Shown here piece by piece: positions 30,368-40,118 of a stretch of DNA of 64,000 nt (positions are counted from its first letter, which is position 1; every line of letters begins with the position of its first letter). The position numbers were made by a program, and so were the translations under genes. Under the pieces are notes generated by a model. The model saw only the letters and a list, made by a program, of their open reading frames with translations. It did no database searches and was not told where the DNA came from. This stretch comes from Gammaproteobacteria bacterium. Lineage in GTDB: Bacteria; Pseudomonadota; Gammaproteobacteria; SZUA-140. The stretch spans positions 25,105 through 89,104 of the forward strand of contig JADLCS010000030.1 in NCBI GenBank assembly GCA_020847075.1, given 5' to 3'.

Positions 30368-31153
30368 TTACAGGTTGTTGGTGACGTACTGCAGCATGCT
30401 GTCCATGGTCGAGATCGCCTTGGAGTTCATCTCGTAGGTGCGCTGGGCCTCGATCATGTTGACCAGTTCCTCCACCACGTTGACGTTGGAACTCTCGATC
30501 GACCCCTGCACCAGCGTACCCACTCCGTTCAGGCCCGGCGTTCCGGCCTGGGCGGAGCCGCTGGCGGCCGATTCCAGAAACAGGTTCTGGCCGATCGGCT
30601 GCAAGCCGGACGGATTGATGAAATCGGCGAGCTGCACCGTGCCGACCTGGGTCGGCGTGCTGTTGCCGGGCGTGGTCACGCTGACCACGCCGTCCTGCCC
30701 GATGGTGACGCTCTGGGCGTTGTCCGGGATCGTGATGGCGGGCTGCAGCGCATAGCCGTTGGCGGTCACCATCTGACCCTGGGCGTCGGTGTGGAAGCTG
30801 CCGTCGCGGGTATAGGCCTGGCTGCCGTCCGGCATCAGGACCTGGAAGAAGCCCCGGCCCTGGATCGCCATATGCAGGGAATTTCCGGTCTCGACCGTGC
30901 TGCCCTGGGTGAACAGCTTCTCGGTCGCGACGGTGCGGACGCCGGTGCCCAGGCTCAGGCCGGTGGGCAGTTGCGAATCCTGCGCCGACTGCGCGCCGAC
31001 CTGGCGCACGTTCTGGTACAGGAGATCCTCGAACACGGGCCGCCCGGCCTTGAAGCCGGTGGTGTTGGCGTTGGCCAGATTATTCGATATGACCGCCATG
31101 CGGGTCTGCTGGGCGTCGAGCCCGGTCTTGGCGATTCTCAGCGCGTCAGCCAT
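30368..31153 (-). CDS. flgG: Flagellar distal rod protein FlgG
   Basis: 261 aa reading [35 protein letters not shown]... with the C-terminus [20 protein letters not shown]. Confidence 0.95.
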   Translation of the reverse strand: MADALRIAKTGLDAQQTRMAVISNNLANANTTGFKAGRPVFEDLLYQNVRQVGAQSAQDSQLPTGLSLGTGVRTVATEKLFTQGSTVETGNSLHMAIQGRGFFQVLMPDGSQAYTRDGSFHTDAQGQMVTANGYALQPAITIPDNAQSVTIGQDGVVSVTTPGNSTPTQVGTVQLADFINPSGLQPIGQNLFLESAASGSAQAGTPGLNGVGTLVQGSIESSNVNVVEELVNMIEAQRTYEMNSKAISTMDSMLQYVTNNL

Positions 31154-31179
31154 CTTTCCTGCTCCTTTCGATCATGCCG

Positions 31180-31923
31180 TCAGGCGATATTCATCAATTG
31201 GGTGGAGGATTGATCGTTCTCCTCCGCGGTCTTCATCAACTGGACCTGCAATTCGAACTGGCGCGCCAGCTCGATCATGTTGACCATCGCGTCGATCGTG
31301 TTGACGTTGCTGCCCTCCAGCGCCCCGGAGACCAGCGTCACCCCGGCGTCGGGCGGCGCCACGGCGCCGTCGTTCAGGCGCATCAGGCCGTCCAGCCCCT
31401 TCTCGAGCCGGGCCGGCTCGGGATTCACGAGCTTGATGCGGTCGACTATCGCGAGCGCCTCCGGGGTCTGGCCGTTCGGCCGCACGGTGATGGTCCCGTC
31501 CGCGCCGATCTCGACCTTTTCCGAGGGCGGCAGCGCGATCGGGGCGCCGGAATTGCCGATCACCGCATGACCGGCGCCGTTGACCAGCTCCCCGGTCGGC
31601 AGCACGTGCAGGTCTCCCGCGCGGGTATAACCCTCCGACCCGTCGGCGGCGCGCACCGCGATCCACCCCGGTCCGTTGATCGCCACATCGAGCTCGTTGC
31701 CCGTCGTGAGGATCGAGCCCGGCTGCAGGTTCACGCCGGGCCGGTCGGCCGTGGCGTACACCCGGCTCGGAAAACCGGCCCCCTGCAGGCCCTCTTCGGT
31801 GAAGGCGAGCAGGTCCTCGCGGAAGCCCGTGGTGCCCGCATTGGCCAGGTTGTGCGCGTTCACGCCCTGGGCGAGCATGGTCTGGCTCGCCCCGGCCATC
31901 GCGATGTACAGCATGCGGTCCAT
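31180..31923 (-). CDS. flgF: Flagellar proximal rod protein FlgF
   Basis: 247 aa reading MDRMLYIAMAGASQTMLAQGVNAHNLANAGTTGFRED. Confidence 0.92.
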   Translation of the reverse strand: MDRMLYIAMAGASQTMLAQGVNAHNLANAGTTGFREDLLAFTEEGLQGAGFPSRVYATADRPGVNLQPGSILTTGNELDVAINGPGWIAVRAADGSEGYTRAGDLHVLPTGELVNGAGHAVIGNSGAPIALPPSEKVEIGADGTITVRPNGQTPEALAIVDRIKLVNPEPARLEKGLDGLMRLNDGAVAPPDAGVTLVSGALEGSNVNTIDAMVNMIELARQFELQVQLMKTAEENDQSSTQLMNIA

Positions 31924-31966
31924 CAGTGCATCCTCGTCACGTTACCGTGCGCGCGCCGTCGTCCGG

Positions 31967-33583
31967 TTAGCGGATATTGATGATCGACTGCGTCACGGTG
32001 TCTTCGGTCGAGATCACCTGCGCGTTCGCCTGGAAGTTGCGCTGCGCGGTGATCATCTTCACCAACTGTTCGGTCAGATCGACGTTGGAGCTCTCCAGCG
32101 CGCCCGACTGCACGTTGCCCAGGCTGGACGATCCCGGCGCCGAGACCACCGGCTGGCCGGACTCGAAGGACTCGGCCCAGGAGGTGTCCCCCAGTTGGGT
32201 CAGACCCTGCGGATTGCCGAAATTGGCCAGGGCGACCTGGGCCAGGGTGCGCGATTGTCCGTTGGTGAAACGGGCCAGGATCACGCCGGTGTCGCTGATG
32301 TCGATGCCGCTCAGCCGGCCGGTCGCATAACCGTCCTGCGACAGCGAGTTCACGTTGAACCCGCCGCCGTACTGGCTGAGCGAGGAATAGTCCATGGTCA
32401 GTGTCATGGGCGCCGCGCCGCTGCCGGGCGCATAGGGCGCCAGGATGTAGTTGGACGGCGGCGTCGTCACCCCGTTGATCGCGGACAGCTCGCCGCTGTT
32501 GCTGAACTGCAGCAGATCGGAGCCGTTGGGCTGGGCGCCGGCGATCTGGTTCCCGTCGACGAAGACATAGCTCTCCCACTGATTGGGGATGTCGGTCTTG
32601 CGATAATACACCGTCGCCAGATGGGCCGAGCCGAGCGAATCGTAGACGGTCATCGTGGTGGAGTTGTTGAAGGTGGCCGCGTCGGTCGGGTCGAAGTTGC
32701 CCTGTACCGCGCCGGTGGCGACCGCCGTGAGGTCGGTATTGCCGCCGCCGGTGGCCTGGGTCAGCGCCGAGGTGTCGAAGGTCAGATCGACAGGACTCTG
32801 CGTCCCCGCCGCGCCGTCCGGATCCCAGGTCAGCGTGACGCTGCCGGTGGTGCCGACCGTCAGCGAGGCCGTGGTGGTGGTGCCCCCGGCGCCGGTCATG
32901 GTGACATCCCAGTTGTTGCCGCCGGTATTGGTGAACTGCAACTGGGCGGTCGTCACCGGCTGGCCGTAGTTGTCGACCAGGTCGAAGGCGGCGGTGGTGA
33001 CGGGAGAATCGCCGTCGTCCAGCACCTGGGTCGTGCCGGCGCTGCCCAGCGTGATGGTGGCGGACGTCACCGCCGAGCTCGGCACCGTGGCCGAGGCGTT
33101 CAGGTTGACGCCGAAGGTCATCTGGGTGCTCGCCTGCGGGGCGATGTCCGAGGTATCGAGCTGGATGTCGCCGAGCGCGCCCGTGATGTTGCCCGAATTG
33201 TCCGCCAGATAGCCGGTCAGGCGCTGGAGCTGGGGATTGACGATGAAACCGTTGCGGTCGACGCCGAAGGTGCCGCTCCGCGTGTAGACGTTGTTGCCGT
33301 TGTCGTTCAGCACGAAGAACCCCTGGCCGCTGATCGCCAGATCCAGGTTGTTGTCGGTGAATTCGATGTTGCCCTGGGAGAACTGCTGGGTGACGCCGGC
33401 GATCTTCACGCCGCTGCCGATGGCGTTGGAGGAAGAGCCCAGGTTAGAGGTAGCGAAGACGTCGGCGAACTGGATGGTCGACTGCTTGAATCCAGTGGTG
33501 CTCGCGTTCGCCACATTGTTCGAGATGACGTTGAGCTCCGCCGCCGCCGAGTTGATTCCGCTTAATGCCGTTTGAAATGCCAT
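31967..33583 (-). CDS. flgE: Flagellar hook protein FlgE
   Basis: 538 aa reading [33 protein letters not shown]... with the C-terminus [24 protein letters not shown]. Confidence 0.95.
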   Translation of the reverse strand: MAFQTALSGINSAAAELNVISNNVANASTTGFKQSTIQFADVFATSNLGSSSNAIGSGVKIAGVTQQFSQGNIEFTDNNLDLAISGQGFFVLNDNGNNVYTRSGTFGVDRNGFIVNPQLQRLTGYLADNSGNITGALGDIQLDTSDIAPQASTQMTFGVNLNASATVPSSAVTSATITLGSAGTTQVLDDGDSPVTTAAFDLVDNYGQPVTTAQLQFTNTGGNNWDVTMTGAGGTTTTASLTVGTTGSVTLTWDPDGAAGTQSPVDLTFDTSALTQATGGGNTDLTAVATGAVQGNFDPTDAATFNNSTTMTVYDSLGSAHLATVYYRKTDIPNQWESYVFVDGNQIAGAQPNGSDLLQFSNSGELSAINGVTTPPSNYILAPYAPGSGAAPMTLTMDYSSLSQYGGGFNVNSLSQDGYATGRLSGIDISDTGVILARFTNGQSRTLAQVALANFGNPQGLTQLGDTSWAESFESGQPVVSAPGSSSLGNVQSGALESSNVDLTEQLVKMITAQRNFQANAQVISTEDTVTQSIINIR

Positions 33584-33606
33584 GTGGGTTCTCCTGTGTG
33601 ATGCGT

Positions 33607-34278
33607 TTACATGATCTGGACGACGTCGGACAACGATACCTGATCGTTATTCGACAGATTGAGCATGATGCCCTGCCCGCTCTTTCCCATGACGACGCTG
33701 TTGACCTTGGACGTGACCATAGTATCGAGGGCGACCGCCTCTCCGTCGTAATCCATCTGCGCGACGAGATAATAGTCGCCGGAAGGCATCGCGGCCCCGT
33801 CGCCGTCGAGACCGTCCCAGGTAAAGGAAAGATTGCCTCCGGACTGCGGACCGAGATCGAAGCGGCGCACCAGCTGCCCGGAATCATCGACGACGCCGAC
33901 GACCAGATTGGCGGTGGACGCCGGCAGCGCCACGCCCGCGGTCATCGACTCGCCCGCGGTCAGGGTGACCGCGTTGCCCGGAATCAGGACAGAGCGCCCG
34001 ACCATCGCGGAGGCCTGCAGGCTCTGAGTGGAATACATCGCATCGGCGACCTGCTGGAAGGAGGTCTTGAGCTCCTCCACCCCGGCCACCATGCTGAACT
34101 GCGCGATCTGGCTGAAGAATTCCCCGCTCTCCATCGGCTTGGTCGGGTCCTGATTCTGCAGCTGGGTGGTCATCAGCTTGAGGAAATCGGACTTGCCCAG
34201 GTCGCCGCTGCTCTGGGTCGTCTGCGACGACAGGCTCAGGCCGAGGTTATCCAGTACTTGTGTATTTACGGTGGTCAT
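33607..34278 (-). CDS. flgD: Flagellar hook capping/assembly protein FlgD
   Basis: 223 aa with the block [19 protein letters not shown] and a FlgD Ig-like C-terminal domain. Confidence 0.92.
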   Translation of the reverse strand: MTTVNTQVLDNLGLSLSSQTTQSSGDLGKSDFLKLMTTQLQNQDPTKPMESGEFFSQIAQFSMVAGVEELKTSFQQVADAMYSTQSLQASAMVGRSVLIPGNAVTLTAGESMTAGVALPASTANLVVGVVDDSGQLVRRFDLGPQSGGNLSFTWDGLDGDGAAMPSGDYYLVAQMDYDGEAVALDTMVTSKVNSVVMGKSGQGIMLNLSNNDQVSLSDVVQIM

Positions 34279-34305
34279 TCGATCACTCCTCCGGTCGGGT
34301 CCGCC

Positions 34306-34713
34306 TTACTGACCCAGGCGCAGTACGTTCAGCAGCATCTGTTTCGAGGTGTTCACCACCTCGACGTTGTTCTGATAACTGCGCGAGGCGGAGATCATGT
34401 CCGCCATTTCGGAAACCACGTCGACGTTGGGGCGGTAGACATAACCCTCGGCGTCCGCCAGCGGATTGTCCGGTTGATATTCGCGCTGCGCCGGCGCCTG
34501 GCTCTCGACGATGCCGTCGACCTTGACGCCGGCGGTGCTGTTGTCGAGCGCGTCGCGGAAGGCCGAGAACACGGGATGGCGCGCGCGATAGGCCTCCGCC
34601 TCGCTGCCGCTCAGGTTGTCCGCATTGGCCAGGTTACTGGCGGTGGTGTTCAGGCGCACGGACTGGGCGCTCATGGCCGAGCCGGCGATGTCGAATATTC
34701 CGAGCAGTGACAT
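34306..34713 (-). CDS. flgC: Flagellar proximal rod protein FlgC
   Basis: [31 protein letters not shown]... The second ATG (34711-34713) lies 7 nt after GAGGAG. The track start at 34719 would overlap the flgB stop. Confidence 0.93.
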   Translation of the reverse strand: MSLLGIFDIAGSAMSAQSVRLNTTASNLANADNLSGSEAEAYRARHPVFSAFRDALDNSTAGVKVDGIVESQAPAQREYQPDNPLADAEGYVYRPNVDVVSEMADMISASRSYQNNVEVVNTSKQMLLNVLRLGQ

Positions 34714-34715
34714 GA

Positions 34716-35111
34716 TCATTCTCCTCGAATCGCGCTGAGCAGATTCTTGATGGTGCCGTCAAGGAAGGTGATGCTGGTCTGGTAGCGGATCGCGTTCTGC
34801 GCGAACTGCGCCTGTTCCATCTGCATATCCACTGTGTTGCCGTCCGCGGAGGGTTGCAGGGGAACGCGATAGAGCAGTTCCCCGTTCGACAGCCCGCCGC
34901 CCGCGGTCGCCATGTGCCCGCCGGCGGTCTTCGCCAGCGGCAGCTCGTTCTTCATGACGCCACCGAGGACCGATTTGAAATCGATGTCGCGCGCCTTGTA
35001 CCCCGGCGTGTCCGCGTTGGCCATATTGCCGGCGAGCACTTCCGCGCGCCGCCCGAATGTCTCCAACGCCTTGGCATTAATCCCGAATGCATCGTCGATC
35101 CTCGAAACCAT
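34716..35111 (-). CDS. flgB: Flagellar proximal rod protein FlgB
   Basis: 131 aa reading [42 protein letters not shown]. The track ORF (341 aa) is an upstream read-through extension of junk composition. Confidence 0.9.
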   Translation of the reverse strand: MVSRIDDAFGINAKALETFGRRAEVLAGNMANADTPGYKARDIDFKSVLGGVMKNELPLAKTAGGHMATAGGGLSNGELLYRVPLQPSADGNTVDMQMEQAQFAQNAIRYQTSITFLDGTIKNLLSAIRGE

Positions 35112-35405
35112 GTCGATGTCCCTGCAGAATTCCTCTGGCAAGTAGATAGCAATCAACATGCCAAGAATGCGCTTTGCCCGCCGGGAGGCGATTCCCGCGC
35201 GCCGGACCCGGCGTCTGTGCCCCGCCCCCGGCAAAATACCTCCGCCGGGCGGCAAGACCTTTTGCCGCGGCCCGGCCCGCCGCCCCGCGCTATATATAGG
35301 TTCGAATCCCGTGCCCGAGGGCTGGGCTGCGATGGGCCCTCCGTTTGCATGGGGCAAGACGCAGACCGCCCGGACCGGCCTGACGCAGGTGGACCGCCCT
35401 GACGC

Positions 35406-35420
35406 TGGCACGCTTCTTGT
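35406..35420 (+). promoter_or_regulatory. Sigma54-like promoter upstream of flgA
   Basis: TGGCAC-GCTTC-TTGT has a perfect -24 element and correct spacing, with -12 TTGT instead of TTGC. It is about 62 nt upstream of the flgA TTG start. Confidence 0.4.
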
Positions 35421-35481
35421 ATTCATACAGGCAGGAAAAACGGCCCGTTTCCGGCCGCCACGGCACTGGAGGACAGACATC

Positions 35482-36192
35482 TTGAACAGACCGGCCATTG
35501 CCCTGCTCGCCGCATTGTCCATCGTGATCGCGGCGTCGCCGAGGATCGTCGCCGCCGACGCCGTCGAGGCGCCCGGAAACATCCTCGCGACGGCGCGGGT
35601 ATTCCTGGAGGAACAACTCGCCGCGCAGGACGCCCGGACCGAGCTGCGCCTCGGCGGGGTGGACACGCGCCTGCGCCTGCCGGCCTGCGATCTCCCGCTG
35701 CAGGGATTCCTTCCGCCCGGCGGGAAGCTCGGAGGAAACACCAGCGTCGGCGTGGAATGCCGCGGAACCCGGCCCTGGAAACTCTACGTCCAGGCCTATG
35801 TGGGCATGTTCAGGACCGTGGCGGTCGCCTCCGGCTATCTTGCGGCCGGCACCGTGCTGAACGCGGACAACGTCCGGATGGAGGAACGCGATGTCACCGC
35901 GAGCGGTTACGGCTATCTGACCGACCTCGAGCCGCTGCAGGGCATGATCGTGAAACAGCCGCTGCAGGATGGCCGCGTCATCCCGCCGCAGGCGGTGGGC
36001 AAGGCCAGGCTGATCCGGCGCGGGGACTCGGTCGTGCTCCTGTCGCGTAACGGCGGGATCGAGGTCCGCATGAACGGCAGCGCGATGATGGACGGGACGG
36101 AGGGCGACCGCATCAAGGTCAGAAATGCGAAATCCAAGCGGGTCGTCGAGGGTCGGGTCGAGGCCCCGGGCCTGGTGATGGTCTCGATGTAA
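35482..36192 (+). CDS. flgA: Flagellar P-ring assembly chaperone FlgA
   Basis: A TTG start is preceded by GGAGGA. Signal peptide IALLAALSIVIAASPRIVAADA. C-terminal SAF/FlgA domain (LIRRGDSVVLLSRNGGIEVRMNGSAMMDGTEGDRIKVRN). Confidence 0.85.
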   Translation: MNRPAIALLAALSIVIAASPRIVAADAVEAPGNILATARVFLEEQLAAQDARTELRLGGVDTRLRLPACDLPLQGFLPPGGKLGGNTSVGVECRGTRPWKLYVQAYVGMFRTVAVASGYLAAGTVLNADNVRMEERDVTASGYGYLTDLEPLQGMIVKQPLQDGRVIPPQAVGKARLIRRGDSVVLLSRNGGIEVRMNGSAMMDGTEGDRIKVRNAKSKRVVEGRVEAPGLVMVSM

Positions 36193-36214
36193 TTCCGACG
36201 CCCCGCCGGAAAAG

Positions 36215-36241
36215 TCAAAATTCCGTCACCCAGGCCGCTAA
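36215..36241 (+). promoter_or_regulatory. Sigma28-like promoter of flgM-flgN
   Basis: TCAA-N15-GCCGCTAA compared with the TAAA-N15-GCCGATAA consensus, about 30 nt upstream of the flgM ATG. Confidence 0.45.
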
Positions 36242-36269
36242 CGAATCCAAGCACAGAGGAGTAAAGGAA

Positions 36270-36599
36270 ATGGCTATCGAAATCACGGGTCAGACCACCG
36301 CCCACACCGGGACCGCCGGGGAAGGCGCATCGGTCCGGACCGCCCCGCTCGGGACCCCGGCCGGCGCCAAGGCAGGCGCGGACCGGGAGGCCGCCGGCGC
36401 GGACATGCTGAGCCTCACCGGGACCGGAACCCTGATGCAGCGGCTGGACGCCGCCGTCGCCGCCGCGCCGGAGGTGGATATGGAACGTGTCGCCCGCCTC
36501 CGGCAGGCGATCGAGGACGGCAGCTACGAGATCGACCCGGCGCGGGTCGCGGAAAAGATGCTGGCCTTCGAATCCGCGTTCCAAAGCCGCGGCCTCTGA
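36270..36599 (+). CDS. flgM: Anti-sigma-28 factor FlgM
   Basis: 109 aa with the C-terminus VDMERVARLRQAIEDGSYEIDPARVAEKMLAFE, characteristic of FlgM. Preceded by the SD AGGAG. Confidence 0.9.
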   Translation: MAIEITGQTTAHTGTAGEGASVRTAPLGTPAGAKAGADREAAGADMLSLTGTGTLMQRLDAAVAAAPEVDMERVARLRQAIEDGSYEIDPARVAEKMLAFESAFQSRGL

Positions 36600-36610
36600 C
36601 GGCGCCGGAC

Positions 36611-37102
36611 ATGAACGGAAACGGACTGCTGAGCGATCTCGCCGCCTGCCTCCAGCGCGAGATCCGCCTGGGCGAGCAACTGCTCGAGGCCATGCGGTGC
36701 GAGCACAAGGCACTGACCGCCCGCGATACCGCCCTGCTGAACGAGGCCGTGGCGCGCAAGGGCGAACTGATCGCCGCGATGCAGGCCTGCGGCGGCGAAC
36801 GCAACAGCCTCCTGCGCGAGGGAGGCCTGGGCACCGATCGCATGGGCATGGACCGCCTGCTCGGCCGGCACGATATGCAGTACCGCGGCGGGCTCCAGCG
36901 CGACTGGGCCCGGCTGCTCGAGATCGGCGCCGAGTGCCAGCGCCAGAATCTGGTCAACGGCGTCATCATCCAGGCCGGACAGCAGCAGACCCGGCAGGCG
37001 CTCGCGATCCTACGCGGACAGCCGGTCGTCGCCGGGGGAGAATACGGGCCGGAGGGGATGCGTCCCTCCGTACCAAACTCGCACCCGCTCGCCCGGGCCT
37101 GA
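36611..37102 (+). CDS. flgN: Flagellar chaperone FlgN
   Basis: 163-aa helical protein immediately after flgM, with the FlgN-like N-terminus LAACLQREIRLGEQLLEAMRCEHKALTARD. Confidence 0.8.
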   Translation: MNGNGLLSDLAACLQREIRLGEQLLEAMRCEHKALTARDTALLNEAVARKGELIAAMQACGGERNSLLREGGLGTDRMGMDRLLGRHDMQYRGGLQRDWARLLEIGAECQRQNLVNGVIIQAGQQQTRQALAILRGQPVVAGGEYGPEGMRPSVPNSHPLARA

Positions 37103-37151
37103 TATCCCCGAAGACAACCGCCCGTGCACGGAATCTTTCCGTCACCCCGGC

Positions 37152-37180
37152 TGGCCAAAGGGTGTCGGCAATGCTAGAAT
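37152..37180 (+). promoter_or_regulatory. Putative sigma70 promoter of tRNA-Ala
   Basis: TGGCCA-17 nt-TAGAAT, with the -10 hexamer ending about 40 nt before the tRNA 5' end. Confidence 0.35.
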
Positions 37181-37220
37181 CTGCCCTCCTCTCGAAGAGG
37201 ACGCGCAGTAAACCAATCGT

Positions 37221-37296
<76 letters not shown>

Positions 37297-37300
37297 CTCC

Positions 37301-37330
37301 AAGGTCCAAGGAAGTCCAAAGAAGTCCAGA
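37301..37330 (+). repeat. Three tandem 10-bp repeats next to attL
   Basis: AAGGTCCAAG GAAGTCCAAA GAAGTCCAGA, in helical phase, immediately after the tRNA. Confidence 0.7.
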
Positions 37331-37408
37331 AATCCATATTAAACATCTATTTTACAGTTACTTACTGTACGTCAAAATCCAGACTAGTCTATTGACATCT
37401 GCGCGAAC

Positions 37409-37459
37409 TGTCGGTATTTTCGACGGTATTCTATGCTCCGAAAACTGGAGATACCGTCA
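37409..37459. repeat. GACGGTATT-type repeats (candidate recombinase arm sites), left end
   Basis: TGTCGGTATT (37409-37418), CGACGGTATT (37421-37430) and an inverted ATACCGTCA (37451-37459), just upstream of the int ATG. The same motif occurs twice at 58835-58856. Confidence 0.6.
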
Positions 37460-37461
37460 AA

Positions 37462-38667
37462 ATGGCGCTTTCAAATACTACAATTAAAAACGCCAGATCC
37501 ACAACCAAACCTTATAAACTCTCCGATGAAAGAGGGCTATATTTACTCGTTTCCACGACTGGGGGAAGGTTGTGGAGATTCGATTATAGATTTGGTGGTA
37601 AACGCAAAACGTTAGCATTCGGCTCCTATCCCGATATTTCACTCAAAGATGCAAGAGAAAAACGCGACGAGGCCAGGAAGCAACTTGCAAATAACATCGA
37701 TCCTAGCGCGATAAAAAAAACGCTTAGCGGGCCACTAAACGGTGAATCTTTTGAATCAGTAGCACGTGAGTGGTATCTCAAGAATTCACTAAATTGGGCG
37801 GACACTCACGCGAATAAAATCATCCGAAGGCTCGAAGCTGATGTATTTCCCTGGATTGGTACTCGACCAATGCGCGAAATCACTGCTTCTGAGTTGCTCA
37901 CAGTACTTCGCCGAATCGAATCACGAGGTGCATTAGAGACCGCACATAGAGTCCATCAGAATTGTGGCCAAGTATTTCGCTATGGCGTTGCCACTGGCCG
38001 TGCAGAGCGAGATCCATCTGGTGACTTGAAAGGCGCCCTAGCTCCATGGAAACCGAAACATTACCCCTCGATAACTGACCCCAAAGAGGTGGGAAAACTA
38101 CTGCGAGCAATTGATGAATATGAAGGGGGTATTATAGTTCGCTGCGCACTTCAGCTTGCCCCACTCTTGTTTGTCAGACCTGGTGAACTTCGGCGTGCTG
38201 AATGGCAGGAAATTGATTTCAGCTCATGTGAATGGAGAATTCCTGCCGAGAAGATGAAAGCACGCCAGAAGCATATCGTACCCCTATCAAATCAGGCTAT
38301 TGGTATTCTCAGGGAATTACATCCGGCAACGAAATATAGTCGGCGGGTATTTCCAAGTGTGCGATCTACGGATTCTTCGATGAGCGAAAACACCATTAAT
38401 GCAGCACTTCGCAGCCTTGGCTATGAAAAGGAGGTAATAACGGCTCATGGCTTTCGCAGTATGGCGTCAACATTGCTTCATGAACAAGGATGGTCCACTG
38501 ATGTGATTGAACGTCAGCTCGCTCATGCCGAGCGCAATAGCGTGAAAGCTGCGTATAACCGCGCTCAGCATTTACCTGAGAGACGAAAAATGATGCAAAG
38601 TTGGGCTGACTACTTAGATAAGCTGAAAAAAGGTGCAGAAGTTATTACATTGAGACAGAAGTCATAG
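37462..38667 (+). CDS. int: Tyrosine integrase, P4 type
   Basis: N-terminal arm-binding (DUF4102-like) block KPYKLSDERGLYLLVSTTGGRLWRFDYRFGGKRKTLAFGSYPDISLKDAREKR. Catalytic region has R...HGFRS...LAH...Y. The gene is adjacent to the tRNA. Confidence 0.93.
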   Translation: MALSNTTIKNARSTTKPYKLSDERGLYLLVSTTGGRLWRFDYRFGGKRKTLAFGSYPDISLKDAREKRDEARKQLANNIDPSAIKKTLSGPLNGESFESVAREWYLKNSLNWADTHANKIIRRLEADVFPWIGTRPMREITASELLTVLRRIESRGALETAHRVHQNCGQVFRYGVATGRAERDPSGDLKGALAPWKPKHYPSITDPKEVGKLLRAIDEYEGGIIVRCALQLAPLLFVRPGELRRAEWQEIDFSSCEWRIPAEKMKARQKHIVPLSNQAIGILRELHPATKYSRRVFPSVRSTDSSMSENTINAALRSLGYEKEVITAHGFRSMASTLLHEQGWSTDVIERQLAHAERNSVKAAYNRAQHLPERRKMMQSWADYLDKLKKGAEVITLRQKS

Positions 38668-38925
38668 CTGTGGGATGATTCAAGCAAGAATATCAAGAGT
38701 GAAGCGGGAATTGGTTTTCACGAGCTACGGCATAGATACCCATCACTACTCGCTCAAGCCGGCGCGGACCTTCTCACAATTTCTAAGTTACTGGGTCACG
38801 CGGATACTCGAATCACCAGCCGCCATTATGCGCATCTATGCGACAAGACTTTGTCGAATACAGTCAAAAGCCTCCTCCCAGGATTCGGTCACAAACCGAC
38901 CAAGAAAGTTGTTCAGCTATATTAA
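38668..38925 (+). pseudogene. C-terminal fragment of a second, unrelated tyrosine recombinase
   Basis: Hand translation in the int frame directly after its TAG gives ...GFHELRHRYPSLLAQAGADLLTISKLLGHADTRITSRHYAHLCDKTL...QLY*. This holds the HxLRH box and the LGH...Y box of the catalytic domain. No N-terminal two thirds and no start codon are present. Confidence 0.75.
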
Positions 38926-39148
38926 ACTGATCCGATAATCGTACTTGCAGATCAGGTCAGTCTTTTTTGTCCCGGCCAAGCGCGACTTGGTATACCGACG
39001 CCTTGCTCCTGGGTTAATTCCATCTGCCTTTCGTCATATACTCTCTTTAAACACCTATAGCCCGGAGAAAATCTCACTCGGCCGGCAGTCTTGATGGGGT
39101 GTAAGTGTATATAAAGTCGTAACTTCCACTCCAGACTGTACTAATTAT

Positions 39149-39991
39149 CTAGAACTTCAACTTTAGCTCCTCTCCCATATCAGTAATAACCATTCCAATA
39201 CCAGAAGGCTTCATCCCTGGTATAACATCCATGCGGGCAAATGCTTTTTTCCCAGACGCTGAGATTACCTCGCCGGCTATATCGGCTATACTATCGCCCC
39301 TCGATATCAAGCGCCATTCCCCTCTATATTCCTCATCGTTAAGCACTAGTTGTAGTTCTCCTGATCGTTTCCCTAATTCGATTTTCATTGCTGATTTATA
39401 ATCACTGTTATCTGAATAAATAATTCCATCAACATATATGCCAGCAGCTTTCTTTGGACGTGATTTAATCTCTTGGATTACTGGCTTGGTAAGTCCGTAG
39501 TTGCCCTTTATCGTGTCAAAAAGCAGTTCGGAAGGTATCGCTTTTAATTCAGGATAGTCATCCTTGTAGTTCATGTACACAGCCACCAAGGAGCTTGAGG
39601 GAAAAAATGCCGGCAAGGATTGTCCCCCTGTTACTGTTGTATTACTGTGAACTGTTGATGTGTTTCCAAATTGGGTCACTGTTGCTGTAGTAGTAGCATA
39701 AGTGGGCATCTGAATGTTTGTACTATATCCGCCAGATTCGGCATTTGTGAAGGCAACATATTCATAATCGTTCTCAATGGCTAATTCAGCAGCCCTTAAT
39801 CGAGCAAAGTCATTTGCCCGCTGTCGATCTGTATAACCATTACCTTGAAAGTTTACATACGCAACATTATATGCAAGCCACCCTTCTGAATAACCTCCAC
39901 CTAATCCTGAAGTTTTATACGGCGTCGCACATCCGGAAAGAAAAAGAAGGAGAGATATGCATGCAATGTTAGAACCAATTTTTATTCTCAT
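39149..39991 (-). CDS. Lipoprotein of unknown function
   Basis: MRIKIGSNIACISLLLFLSGC carries a lipobox. The mature N-terminus ATPYKTSGLGGGYSEGWL...VNFQGNGYT...LRAAELA resembles a small lipoprotein family I can only vaguely place. The start was trimmed to the ATG at 39989-39991. Confidence 0.6.
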   Translation of the reverse strand: MRIKIGSNIACISLLLFLSGCATPYKTSGLGGGYSEGWLAYNVAYVNFQGNGYTDRQRANDFARLRAAELAIENDYEYVAFTNAESGGYSTNIQMPTYATTTATVTQFGNTSTVHSNTTVTGGQSLPAFFPSSSLVAVYMNYKDDYPELKAIPSELLFDTIKGNYGLTKPVIQEIKSRPKKAAGIYVDGIIYSDNSDYKSAMKIELGKRSGELQLVLNDEEYRGEWRLISRGDSIADIAGEVISASGKKAFARMDVIPGMKPSGIGMVITDMGEELKLKF

Positions 39992-40118
39992 GTTTACCGC
40001 CTTTATTTTTGTTTGGGTTGAATTCTTAATCATTAACTCCCAATTAAAATACTCCTCCTAGAATTAACATTTGCCTCTATACCCTTATGCCACTAATGGC
40101 GAATAACAGAATTTACCC

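Noticed and set aside
35355-35369. Possible sigma54 promoter for flgB (minus strand GGTCT-GCGTC-TTGC).
   Set aside because: The spacing and -12 element are right, but the -24 element is poor (GGTCT against GGCAC), and it lies about 250 nt from the flgB ATG. This is not strong enough to report as a feature.
37898-38110. 70-aa ORF antisense to the integrase.
   Set aside because: It lies entirely inside the well-supported int gene and has no independent signals.
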